NCBI GenBank assembly: GCA_965644295.1
Contig: CBFFRP010000386.1
Coordinates: 1 to 64,000 of the forward strand
Direction of reading: 5' to 3'
DNA length: 64,000 nt
DNA from: Paraphysomonas bandaiensis
Lineage: Eukaryota > Protista > Chrysophyceae
A program made the position numbers and the translations under genes. A model generated the notes under the pieces. It was given only the letters and a program-made list of their open reading frames with translations, was not told the origin of the DNA and did not search any database. Positions 13,562 through 24,474 of the stretch are shown here, piece after piece (the stretch's first letter is position 1; each line of letters opens with the position of its first letter).

Positions 13562-14528
13562 TTATTAAAAGTCTTATTATTTAGCAATAGGCGTTAAAAA
13601 CCTGCACCAAAATAGTGGCTAGTTGAATGCTAGACATACTAGTTAGACCTCTACCCATAACTAATCAGCACAATTTCTATTATCCTACTATTTAACGCTA
13701 CAGAAGCTGCTTCTTAATGTTGTTTGTGAGTTTCGCCCTGCTCGTGTGGCTTTGGACTCACTGGCGCGCGTTGTCCGGGGGTCTCCCCTTGGGATGAGAT
13801 TCCACCAGGCTCTGAGGTACAGGGTTCTGCATTAAGGTCTTGAGTGTACCGAGCACTAGATGTGTGTGCTGAGAGGTGGATGGTGTGGTGGAATGTGGCG
13901 TTGTCGCCGTGCACTGTGTGGGCGTCAGGCATATGTGGAGGTGCCGGAGACGGCGTCGCCGCTGTCTAGGGCCTGATGGTTTCATGCGGTCCGGTGCTAT
14001 TTTCCTGTGTGTATGAGTGGTGGGGCTCGTGTGTGCAGTGGGCGGTGTTCCAGTCTGTGGATTCCTAGTAATCGTAGCACCCTTGGGCATTTCCACTTCT
14101 GTCTATGTTTTGGACGAGGTCGAGGTAGTAGCCTAGGGGGTCCTTTCTGTAGGGAAACGTATCGTCTACTTCGATCTTGGATCATTAGCTTTGCTGCAGC
14201 GAAAAGCGGTAGAAGTAATCTGATGACCGCTGATTCGATGCTGCGCAGTCCTTGGGGTGTCAGTGACTCGTGGATGTGATCTCCAAATACCGTCTCGAGT
14301 TGAGCAGTTGTGATGGTACCCGTCTAGAATCTCTCCACCTGAGGCACGGAGGGATTCCAGGCCCTGCTGGAGAGCCGCTGTAGTGCAGTGGTGGTCCATT
14401 GGGGTAGTACCGGATTTCTCAGTTCTTCTTGAAGCGCGTTTTTGTGACAACTGTGAAATGCAGACTCCCGAATCTGCGTTTTGGCGTCATTTGTACAGTC
14501 TAGACACATGTGCTTGAGTGAGTCTAGT
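13562..14528 (-). mobile_element. 5'-truncated non-LTR retrotransposon copy with a 14-bp TSD
   Basis: Paralogous to the ORF C-terminus and 3' UTR of 14805-18852 (KHMCLDC...HPKGRPPD); TSD cgacataattagta at 13548-13561 and 14529-14542. Confidence 0.9.
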
Positions 14529-14619
14529 CGACATAATTAGTAGTTGAACTTAGTAAGAGCGCTTAATAAACACTTTAAGCAGAAAATTAATAATTATAAG
14601 AGTTTTCATACATCATTCA

Positions 14620-14775
14620 TAAGAGTCGATTAATCAAGTATATTTTCTAAGACACACTAGCATGAGCAATATATATCAATATATTGCGAGGTCAAATTTT
14701 GCTAAAATAATAAGTAATATATTTTAGCAAGCAAGTATAAATAATTGCAATCCAATATATTTTTGACTGGCCCTG
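14620..14775 (-). mobile_element. hAT/MITE-like terminal fragment (CAGGGCC end)
   Basis: Reverse strand cagggccagtcaaaaatatattggattgcaatt resembles cagggccaggtaaaatattatattggatagcaatt at 42409; absent from the empty-site paralog at 48050-48210. Confidence 0.5.
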
Positions 14776-14804
14776 TTGTCATTCACCAACTCGATTTATC
14801 TCTA

Positions 14805-17800
14805 GTAGTGAATGTCTGATTATTTAGCAATAGGCGTTGAGACCTTGCATCAATTAGTGGCTAGAAGAATGCTAGTCATACTAGTTAGACCACTACCCGT
14901 AACTAATCAATACAAACTCTTTTATCCTACTATTTAACGCTACGAAAGCTGCTTGTGCGTCGCCGCAAGCACCAAGGTGCAACCACTTCCGTTCTTTTTG
15001 TGTGATATGAAATTCGCCTTTATCGTGTGTCCGTGGACTCACCGGCGCTTTTGATCTGGGGGTCTCCCTTTGGGATGGGTCTCCATTGGTTTTGGAGGGG
15101 GCTCAGCATTCTGAATTAGGGTCCTGAGTGCACCTAGTTCCAGATGTGTGGGTTGGGAGTGGTGGGGATTGTTGGGAGGAGGAGTTGGGTTTGTAGTATG
15201 TGTTACTGTGCTCCTGTGGGGCCGCGGGTGTAGATAGAGTTGTCGAAGCCGTCGGCGTTGTGGAGGTCTGGGCAGTCCAGTGCTCTGTCGGGTAGGACCT
15301 GTGAGGTGTGCACGTGTGTCTGGAGTCGGATACGCTGTGGGGGGTTTTCGTTGGACCCCTAGTAGTCGAAGGACTCTCGGACGTTGTCTTGACTGACTGC
15401 GTTTCGGACGGGGTCTCGGGAGTAGCCTGGGCGGCCTTTTGGACATGGTGATATAGCGACAACCGCGATCCTGTAACATAAGCTTCGCTGCAGTGTAAAG
15501 CGGTTGCAGGAGATTAATAACCACTGTTTCTAGGTTCCGTAGACTGTGAGCCGTCAGGTGGTTGTGTATGTCATCTCCGAAGACCGTTTCCAGTTGGGCT
15601 GCTGTGATGGTTCCAGTCCAGTATCTCTCGACCTGTGGGATGGAGGGATTCCAGGCTCTGCTGGAGAGTCTCCGTAGTGCAGATGTGATCCAGTTGGGTA
15701 AGGTCTGAGTTCTCTGTATTTCGTGTAGCACATTTTTATGCGATTGAAATGCAGTTTCCCTTATTTGGGTGATGGATTCATGTGTGCAGTCGAGGCACAT
15801 ATGTTTTAGGGAATCTAGTCGAAACCCGCAGTCAGAGCATGCGGCTTTGGTCAGGTCAAGCCCCTGTTTGGTTTTGGCCCGGTTCCTCCCTATGCAGAAA
15901 GATTTGTCCCATGTCAGTGCCGTGTTGAGAATTCTTTGGCGTAGATTTGAGCTGAGTTTGTCTTTGGATGCACTGCCATCCGCTTGAGCTAGTTTGCGCG
16001 GGAGGTGTACTCCGCTATTGGTCCAGTAGCCAGGCGCTCGATCAGGATTGTTTCCGTAGCGTTGATCTCTGGTTGAAGTGTAGTTCTCAAGTGTCCTTAG
16101 GTCGCAGAGATCTTGGAAATCAGTAAGGAGTGGGCTAGCGTAGTATGGCCGTCTTGTACTGTGCAAACGCCAGTGCCATAATCCAGCGGTTAGTAAGCGT
16201 TCAATGGCACTGTCAATCGCAATTGTACAGACAGTGTAGTTATTTTTTCCAAGGATGCGATCGACTTCATGCCAGTCTTCACCCGCGACTGCGTCCGCAA
16301 TATAGATGCCCTTGTCCTCAAACGTCCACTCCGTTTCATCTGTGGTACGTCGTTCGGGATGGGACCTCACCCAGGTCACCTGTCTTTTGCAATCTCTACT
16401 GGCCGCGATGCTTTCGAGTAGTACCCCTTTTGCACGGTGACCGAGAGCTCTGCGTCTTGTGGAGAGTGCTTCCTCAGTACGGGTGCACACTGCCTGACAG
16501 TCTGTGTGGCTTCTTATGTGTTCGGGAATGCGTGTTGAGAGTATAAGCCCCATGGCTGTGCCTATGAGTTCATATGCGTATGAGTCCAAACCTGGCACAT
16601 CACGAAAGGGTGTATCTAGTCGTAGTATTATGGTTGTACCATCTTCCCAGGCATTTTCTGGGGGTAAGTAGACGACCGCTGCACCTCCTCGGTGTGTCCA
16701 TCGTGTTCGCGGATTGACATGAGTGAGGCGACGCGTGGAGAGCGCACTGGCTGTGTATGATCCATCTGTGAAGATTGCCTTGAAAGTATCTGGTTGGACG
16801 CTATTAAGGCCGAGTTCTTGTTTTAGATTGGTCAGCATGTGTTCATCCTGTGGTTCGGGGGGCTCAGGTTGCTGAAGGGTAAGGCCCAATTCCGTTCCCC
16901 ATTCCCTGAGGCTGAGAACATAGTGGTGGTATTGGGGCTGTGGCTCTGTTGTCTGAGTGAGTAGAAAATGTGCTGCTTGACCTGCTTCTCCCCCGAGGGT
17001 TATTGCGCGCTGTAGAGATCCCCATTTTTGCTCCTGCGCCGAGTCTGAGAAACGTTTCATACCTAATCCGTTGTGCTTGAGTGAGAGGTAGATCAGTTCC
17101 GTGGGGTATCCAGGGCCTAGACTGAGGGCCTTTCTGTAGAGGGTTGCGCAAGCAGCGTCAATTTCTCTGTACCAGTGTAGCGGCCATGAAGCTTTGGTGG
17201 CTCTATAGAGCAAAGTCGGTATGATTTGGGTCTCGATAACCATGACTTTACAGCCGGCTGAGGCCTGTTTAATCCCTAGGTGTGTGGTCACGACTTTCAG
17301 GTATTTTAGACACCAATCATGGGAGGCCTTGTCTGTGATTGTGAGAGGAAGGTCTGCTCCGAGGTAATGTATCGACTCTAGTGATGTTTGGATAGGGACT
17401 GGGTGTCGACGCCACGACCAGTCGTAGAGAATGATGTAGCCAATGGGGTCGGAGGACTTGTTGGAATCTTGTAGGATCGGAAACACTGTGCAAACTACTT
17501 TGGGGATAGAGAGTTCCATTCCCGAAAGTACGCAGAACGCAGATATTTGTTGGGCAATGAGTTGGGCAGCGTGTATGGGTTTAGCTATTGTGTTAAGATC
17601 ATCCGCGAAGGAGATCTTTATTTCGCCGGTAGTCGGAGTCGTGAGTTGAATAGTTGGTAACGTTGGACTCGTTGTTGACAGTTCAATGTCCAGCCACGTG
17701 AGAAGGATGTCGTAGAGTGCCACCCAGGCGCATGTGGATTCTGTGCCCCCTTGGGTGATACCCCTTTCGGCTTCGAAACCCAGACTGAATAGTGCAATGA

Positions 17801-18852
17801 AGTGGCCGTCTGCGGACAGGAGGTCAAGGAGAGAACGTGGCTCTATGTTGTTTGCCATGAATGGTGTCCAGGGAAATGTTAGACCGCCGGCATCTAAGTT
17901 GCCAAACCAGTCAACTACATCGTCCGGAACGCCCAGTCGTGCCCACGCGAGACGCATGAGGTTAGGCGCAATTGAGTCGAAGGCCTTCTTGAAGTCCCAG
18001 AGTGTACATATATGCTGGTCGCCTTTTCGTCTTGCTTCTTCTGCAGCCGCGAGTACCCTTAGTATCGCTGTGTCCGTCCCGTTCCTCCAGCGATAACCAT
18101 GCTGGGACGGATGCAAAACTTTCTGTTCCTCCCATACGGTAAGAATTCTATGAGTGATTATCCTTGTTAATATTTTCCTACTGACTTCAAGCAGACCAAT
18201 CGGTCGGAGATTAGTGAGGGAGGATTCTCCTGGTTTCTTGAGAATGGGAGACATTACCCTGTCTCTCCACCAAATGGGCACATGTTTATGTTTCCAGAGA
18301 GATCTGGTGAGGATGTAAGCCTCTCGCTGAACTACCGGTGGCCAGGATTTGACCATGTTGGAGGAGACCATTGAGGGTCCAGGCGCGCGGTTGAAGGAGA
18401 GAGAGTGAAGTGTGCAGTAGAATTCATCCTGGGTGATGTCTTTTGCAAGAGTAGATTTGAGTGTGGCTGCCATGGCCGGAGTGGTCTTGGTACAAAGGGC
18501 CCGTCGTAACCCCAGTTGCAGGGGAAGAGGGATTTTCGAGCGGGGGTGGAGTGGTTCCTGGCATGTCGCTGAGCCCGGATCAAGAAGGGATTTCCACCAT
18601 GTAGGGTCATCCTGGAGCTGTTGTGCTACAGGGTCAAGTCCAGGAGGTTTGGCATGATGTTCACGGAAGTGCGCATTAATGCCTTCATGAATGTCTTGCG
18701 GTGTTGTGAGGATGTGTCCGTCAGTTGTTTTCACCGTGGTAAGTCGGAGTGGTGTTTTGACCTTGAGACCAATTTTCTGAAGAATTGCTTGAAGTCTTTT
18801 CTGCTGTAGCAGTGCCTCCATCTGATTGGTGCGAGCCGTGAGTCTAGTCCGC
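14805..18852 (-). mobile_element. Non-LTR retrotransposon, 5'-truncated, 11-bp TSD, no poly(A) tail
   Basis: TSD atttatctcta at 14794-14804 and 18853-18863; 3' UTR with stem-loop ending AAATAATCAGACATTCACTAC. Confidence 0.92.
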
Positions 18853-18854
18853 AT
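15039..18854 (-). CDS. LINE ORF: reverse transcriptase + RNase H + CCHC knuckle; no endonuclease in the retained part
   Basis: RAPGP, NLRPIGLLE, QHGYR, DFKKAFDS, GITQG, FADD, YLG; RNase H FTDGS...AYEL...TDCQ...SH...ADAVA; CSDC-x8-H-x4-C. Confidence 0.92.
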   Translation of the reverse strand: MRTRLTARTNQMEALLQQKRLQAILQKIGLKVKTPLRLTTVKTTDGHILTTPQDIHEGINAHFREHHAKPPGLDPVAQQLQDDPTWWKSLLDPGSATCQEPLHPRSKIPLPLQLGLRRALCTKTTPAMAATLKSTLAKDITQDEFYCTLHSLSFNRAPGPSMVSSNMVKSWPPVVQREAYILTRSLWKHKHVPIWWRDRVMSPILKKPGESSLTNLRPIGLLEVSRKILTRIITHRILTVWEEQKVLHPSQHGYRWRNGTDTAILRVLAAAEEARRKGDQHICTLWDFKKAFDSIAPNLMRLAWARLGVPDDVVDWFGNLDAGGLTFPWTPFMANNIEPRSLLDLLSADGHFIALFSLGFEAERGITQGGTESTCAWVALYDILLTWLDIELSTTSPTLPTIQLTTPTTGEIKISFADDLNTIAKPIHAAQLIAQQISAFCVLSGMELSIPKVVCTVFPILQDSNKSSDPIGYIILYDWSWRRHPVPIQTSLESIHYLGADLPLTITDKASHDWCLKYLKVVTTHLGIKQASAGCKVMVIETQIIPTLLYRATKASWPLHWYREIDAACATLYRKALSLGPGYPTELIYLSLKHNGLGMKRFSDSAQEQKWGSLQRAITLGGEAGQAAHFLLTQTTEPQPQYHHYVLSLREWGTELGLTLQQPEPPEPQDEHMLTNLKQELGLNSVQPDTFKAIFTDGSYTASALSTRRLTHVNPRTRWTHRGGAAVVYLPPENAWEDGTTIILRLDTPFRDVPGLDSYAYELIGTAMGLILSTRIPEHIRSHTDCQAVCTRTEEALSTRRRALGHRAKGVLLESIAASRDCKRQVTWVRSHPERRTTDETEWTFEDKGIYIADAVAGEDWHEVDRILGKNNYTVCTIAIDSAIERLLTAGLWHWRLHSTRRPYYASPLLTDFQDLCDLRTLENYTSTRDQRYGNNPDRAPGYWTNSGVHLPRKLAQADGSASKDKLSSNLRQRILNTALTWDKSFCIGRNRAKTKQGLDLTKAACSDCGFRLDSLKHMCLDCTHESITQIRETAFQSHKNVLHEIQRTQTLPNWITSALRRLSSRAWNPSIPQVERYWTGTITAAQLETVFGDDIHNHLTAHSLRNLETVVINLLQPLYTAAKLMLQDRGCRYITMSKRPPRLLPRPRPKRSQSRQRPRVLRLLGVQRKPPTAYPTPDTRAHLTGPTRQSTGLPRPPQRRRLRQLYLHPRPHRSTVTHTTNPTPPPNNPHHSQPTHLELGALRTLIQNAEPPPKPMETHPKGRPPDQKRR

Positions 18855-19263
18855 TTATCTCTACTACGCCAATAATTTCTAGTGCGATCTTACGTCGTCA
18901 TATCTTGTACAGTCAGTTTATTTCAGTTTCAGTAGTATAATAGCTTACATATCATTGGTTCTCATAATACGGTTAGCTACTACTGTATTCTTTGAGTAAC
19001 GGTTATAATTCAAATATCTTAGAAACTGCGGCTTTTAATTGCTCACAAACTGCAAAGCTCAACATTCCAAGATCATGCGTGTACTTCGCAGAATTCTAAC
19101 TGTCGCACATAGGTAGCCAAATATTCAAATAACTATGGATTCATATTGAAAACATTTTATATTACTGCAGCTAGAGATCACAGTTGCAGACCTCACCCAT
19201 CAAATATATACATATAAGAGTGACTAAGAACACCCCCACCCCACCACTATGCGAATATCATAC

Positions 19264-22200
19264 TTACAACAAACACTGCGCTTTTTTATCTTCTTTCCAA
19301 GCCTCTATATTTAAAGCTGGAAACGACATTCGTCTATTCCGTCTTTTCGCAACTTTCTTGTGAAACTTATGGTCCGTTAAATTGGGGCAAGATCTACTCC
19401 TCTTAAACAGCGCACGAGACTTGATTAAGTAGAACTCATCGTAAACCTTCTTATCTTCATCTGAATCATACCACTCATTTCCATCAGTTAAGAACATTAC
19501 TTTCGCTCTACGCTTGTTATTCATTTGTTTCTTCACTACGGCAGCTATAGACATTGTAGTGTCTTGTTCTCCAGCCTTTTTATCCCCCACACTCGAGAGT
19601 CTACTAAAGTTTCTAGACATTCCTCGACTACCCATTGACGACAATTGTTTCCGCATGGGCTTCAGCTTCACATTGTTATTAATTGTTGGAAGACCAGATT
19701 TCATTTCATCCATATCCATTGATTTGCTGTTGCTGACGTTAGATTGGATAATGGCCATCGACGCGGGATCGTTCACCACTGCACGGACAATATTCCACCT
19801 CGAATCTGACCGGGCAATGTTGGAGGCTGTCGAGGCGCTTCGCGACGGCGGGGGGTGACTTGAAGGCCCAGGTTTATCACCATCTAGACGACTTTCACTG
19901 ACAACTGTCTCCAAGGGAACGATCTGTGATGGTCCCCGCGACATTGCAGTGGATGTGGCGGTGGCTTTAGTATCATAATCGTCTTTGCTAACGTTTGAGT
20001 CAAACGACAGAAGCTGTCCATACCGGGCCTTGGATTCACCAGATCCGCCCAGTAGCTGAGATAAACTTCCGCGTCGTTTCATTCTTGGCTCCCCTGATTT
20101 AGTCTCACCACTGTCGAAGAAGTCCTTGGAGTTAATACGGCTTACTAAGTTACCGATAAGATCAGTGGACGATTTCGTTTTTTCTGCCATCATTCTGGCT
20201 CTCGCTTGAACGTATGCTGTACCTAACTTCGAAATAAACTCTGCTCTCTTATCTCGCAAATGCCTTCTTCCAAAATCACTGGTAGCATTGATAGCCATCG
20301 CCAATGCACCCTGAAGGCTAATAGCAACTGCAGGGAAGTGCCGGAGTAACTTTGTTATTTCCAGTTCGCTTAACAAATAGACACTACACGGCATAAACGT
20401 CCGAACAGAAGCCCTGAAGGGCCGTCTTTCCATCATTGCAACGTGGCCAAAAAAATCACCCGCAGTCAATTGGTATATTAAGTCACACATTTCTATCGGA
20501 ACCACCTTGTTACTTGGACTCAAAGACGTTGTGCGTTCAGAAGTACGCATACTTTTCCTAGAAGGGCGTCTTCTGATAATTGAGTCCCTACTCACACGGG
20601 ATTTATAGACATTGGCCCGCCCTGAGACCAGAAAAACAACTTCATGGGCACGTGACCCCTCCACCGCTATGTAGTGCAGTGCGTCGTAGAAGACTGGAGT
20701 CATACGCCTAAAAAGATACAGTATGACACCTTTGCTTTGAATGTATTTAAATATTGCAATCTTGCTCAGGGTATCTGCATGCTGAAAAAATATCATCTTT
20801 CTAGATAGATGCAGCGGTAACCGAGAAAGAATAGCCCTTTCGTCAAAAGCTGATGTTTGTGTGAACATGTACTTAATGTGTTTCACGATGCTATCCGCCA
20901 GAGGAGCTGAGGCATTTTTCTCGATGAGATATTCGGAAACTTCTGCGATTCTTTCATTCATGCGCGTAGAGGTTACATCAAGACTGCCCATAAGACTAGA
21001 TACATTTGCCACGATATAACCAAACACAGTCGCACCGAGAATCATTACAACGATGGTAACAATTCTCCCTTCAGAGTCTACGGGAACTATATCACCGTAT
21101 CCCACAGTTGCAAGGGTTGTGAATGTCCAATATACAGTCGTTACGTACTGTTCTTGGAGAGATGCATCCCTCAGGTTGAGTTTATCATACCATGCATACG
21201 TAGAGAGTGTAGTGCTCAAATACCAGTACAAACAAGAAATGAGATGACCAATGAATAAAACCTCCAAAAGCATTTTAACCAATTCAAAGGTGGCGGGATT
21301 TATTCCCAGTTGATCTTCTAAACGTGCGATATATTTTCTAAGTTTAGCTAATCGTGCTAACTTGAGCAGTCGCATCAACCGAATCACCTTGAGTAGTTTG
21401 AATGAGCTAAATATATCCGTATTACCAGTAGCAAACTTGGACATGATTGTCTCAAATGGCATCACCGAGAAAAAATCTATCCAAAACCAAGTTACGAAGT
21501 AATGTCGATACATTCTCTTCGGAACAACTATATACGCATCTTCATCATCGTCAAAGTAACATGTTCTCATACTCACGAGCATATCGATACCGAAGAATAC
21601 ATCCACCACTATGTCAAATATGCTCAAAGCCCCTGTAGATTTTCGGGCGAAGCCTATCTGGACAGGTATGACAAGTACGCTGAATAGAATAAGGGCCCCA
21701 ATAAACATGTCCCACTTTATCTTATTGTCGCTCTTCGGCAGAATAATATACCGCGCTATGAGGTCCTCATAATGCTCCTCTGCGTGCTCTTGGACCATCT
21801 TCTGTCCCTTTCGCACTTCCCGTACAGTACGGTATACCTCCAGTACCTGATTGGTGGAGTTCATTCGTTTAGCATATAGCTTGCTAGAGCTATCCTCCTG
21901 TTGCATAGCTTGCAGCTTCCCATCCACAACCAGAGTTTCCTTTACGTATATTCGGTGACCTTCCCTCTTGTGTGCCTGACTCTGACTGGCCTCGACAAAA
22001 TTCTCGTACCTCTGCTGCAGCTCCGCTGTCACCCTGTCTCCAGTAACAGGGTACGTTCCTATTGCCTCATCCAACACTCCTGTTGGAATTGCGATCACAT
22101 TGCAATTGCACATGGCACGATGGGACACCATCCGAATAGTTCGTTTGTAGTACTCAAAGTCACCAAAGTATCCTCCCTCAGAGCTGTACCCAGTGACAGC

Positions 22201-23761
22201 GTCAACTACGCCATCGAGCTCAGTGTATCCCACAGTTGTGAACTGCACCAATCCACGCATGACAAACATAATCTCGTCCGGCACATCACCCTTTTCTGCG
22301 ATAAGAGTTCCTGGTAGCGCCTGGAACGGCTTGCTATGTATAACAAGCTTTACAATGAAGTTCTCGTCACACTCCTTGAACAGATGAATGCGGTGGACTT
22401 CTGTGGAATAAATTGATAGAACAAGTTTATTAAGAAGATTCGGCGGCAGGTCGGTGAAAATTCCCGTCTCACCAAATGAAGACTTGCGACCAAGGAAATA
22501 CCCATACGCATCTCTGGCAGCAATCTTGAGTTTGGTGGGAAGGAGTTTCTCGTTCAGATATGCCTTTAGCTCATCCATCTTTTCCTTGAATGCTCTAGCC
22601 TGGGGGTTACGGCTTTCTATCAGTCGCGTCACCTGAGCAATCACAGCACCGAACAAGACTGCTCCAACAAGTTCAGTGCAGATACAGTATATACGCTCCG
22701 ATGAGTTCACCCCACTTATGTCTCCATAGCCTATCGAGAGCATTGTACTGATCGTCCAATAGAAAGAAGCGATATATCGAGTGCCCAGACTTGATGTCTC
22801 ATAACCGAAACGAGTTGTCCAAGTATTCCCATCCGGGTTCGGCCGATCATTGCTGTAGTCGGCGGGTACGTCATCACGTACATCGTCAGTGGTGAGGAAA
22901 TGCCAAAAGCATGACACAATATGTGCTACGAAGCATATCTCCAGCACCAGTTTCTGTACCCCCAAGAGAGCAGGATTGATGTTATATGAGTCTAAAAGTT
23001 TGCCAAACTTGCTGAGTTTCAAAACACGGAGGAGCTTAAGCATTCTAGTGAGACGGAGTATCTTGATCAGTCGCAGCGATTCCAACTGACTCCCACCCCC
23101 AGTGTACTTGTGGACGATAGAATCGAACGGCACGGTCGAGAAAAGGTCAATCCAAAACCACACCTTTAAATAATTCGAAGCAATTTTGCTACGACTAGTT
23201 ACTACTAATTCAGTTGTCGGATCTACAAATGAAGTGTTGAAGCTAAATAGTATATCCAATCCGAAAAGACTGTCCACCATTAGGTCAAACACAGATTCGC
23301 CATAACTTGGTGTAACTTGAAATCCTATTCGAAATGGAATGATGATAATAGAGTACAATATTAGCAAGCCAATAAAACAGTCCCACAGCATTTTCCAGAC
23401 ACCTTCGGGGTCAAAGAGGCTCATTTGCTCAAGTAGCTATCAAACAAAAACATTAGCAAAAAGACACACACACACGCATTAGTTATACCTCTTTAGAATG
23501 TTCTGCATATATTTTATCAGAACTAACAGATCCAGGACCTAAATCTCTTTTGAACTTTGTCTTTTTTGTGTTTCTAACAAGCTTTTCTCTCTGTATAATT
23601 GAGGCCGACTTAACGCCTTCCCAAAAACTAGTGTATGTGTCGATCTCAGCCAGCATCATCTCCCGCTCCTTCTGTTGCTCCAGTGCATCAGCAACAACCT
23701 TATCATTCGACTGATTCTTTTTTATCGTCTTCTTTGATACAGTTGCTGCCTTTGCAATCAT
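19264..23761 (-). CDS. Voltage-gated K+ channel of the CNBD superfamily with two tandem 6TM-CNBD repeats
   Basis: Two S4 helices (RLIKILRLTRMLKLLR; KLLKVIRLMRLLKLAR), two pores (SIGYGD, TVGYGD), two C-linker/CNBD regions; one intron near 23437-23486. Confidence 0.9.
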
Positions 23762-24474
23762 TTTCTTTGAATTGTATAGCGAATCGTGTGAATAGTAATG
23801 AGAAGTAATCAGAGCATATCACTCTTATAGCTCAGCATGTGGAGAAAGAGATGATGATATGGTCATTCCTAATATCTCCTCTGTCCTGTATCTCACTTGC
23901 AATCATCATAACTTCTACTCCTGATTGATCGAGATGTCTAGTGGGTAGTGGGGTGGAAGTTATATGAGAGATCACACTCCCCCGCACATACACATATATA
24001 CAGTACACGCTACTAGCTATACAGGCGTACATACTGTACATATATATACTGCTGTTATACGCATAATGCTGTACTATACTACAGCTCTCTGTCATACTGA
24101 ACGATGCATATAGCGGTCTCTATATGGAGGTCTCCATACAGGAGTGGGATGAGCTGCTGCTGCTGTGTACATATTCCTTCCAGGCGTTTCACTCGTTTCT
24201 TGTTCGAATATACAGGCATTAGAAATCTGGTGCTGGTGATGTCAGAGTCATATCTTCAAGGGGTACGAATACGCTGTATTAACAATAATACGGTTGGGAA
24301 ATGCTCAACAGAAGATGCAGACTGTATTGGTGATACTACGGCACATAATACAGGACACAACAGCAGCAGCTGTCTCTGTATGTGTATGTGTGTATGTGTG
24401 CAGATGTGTGTGATGATGCGGACATTAATGAGAATTAAGTTCCAGCACATCTACTCGATCTTGATGAGTATGAT

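Noticed and set aside
15039-15700. C-terminal restriction-like endonuclease (R2/RandI type) in the LINE ORF
   Set aside because: No PD-(D/E)xK with structured context after the CCHC knuckle; the region is low-complexity and RPPD is terminal.
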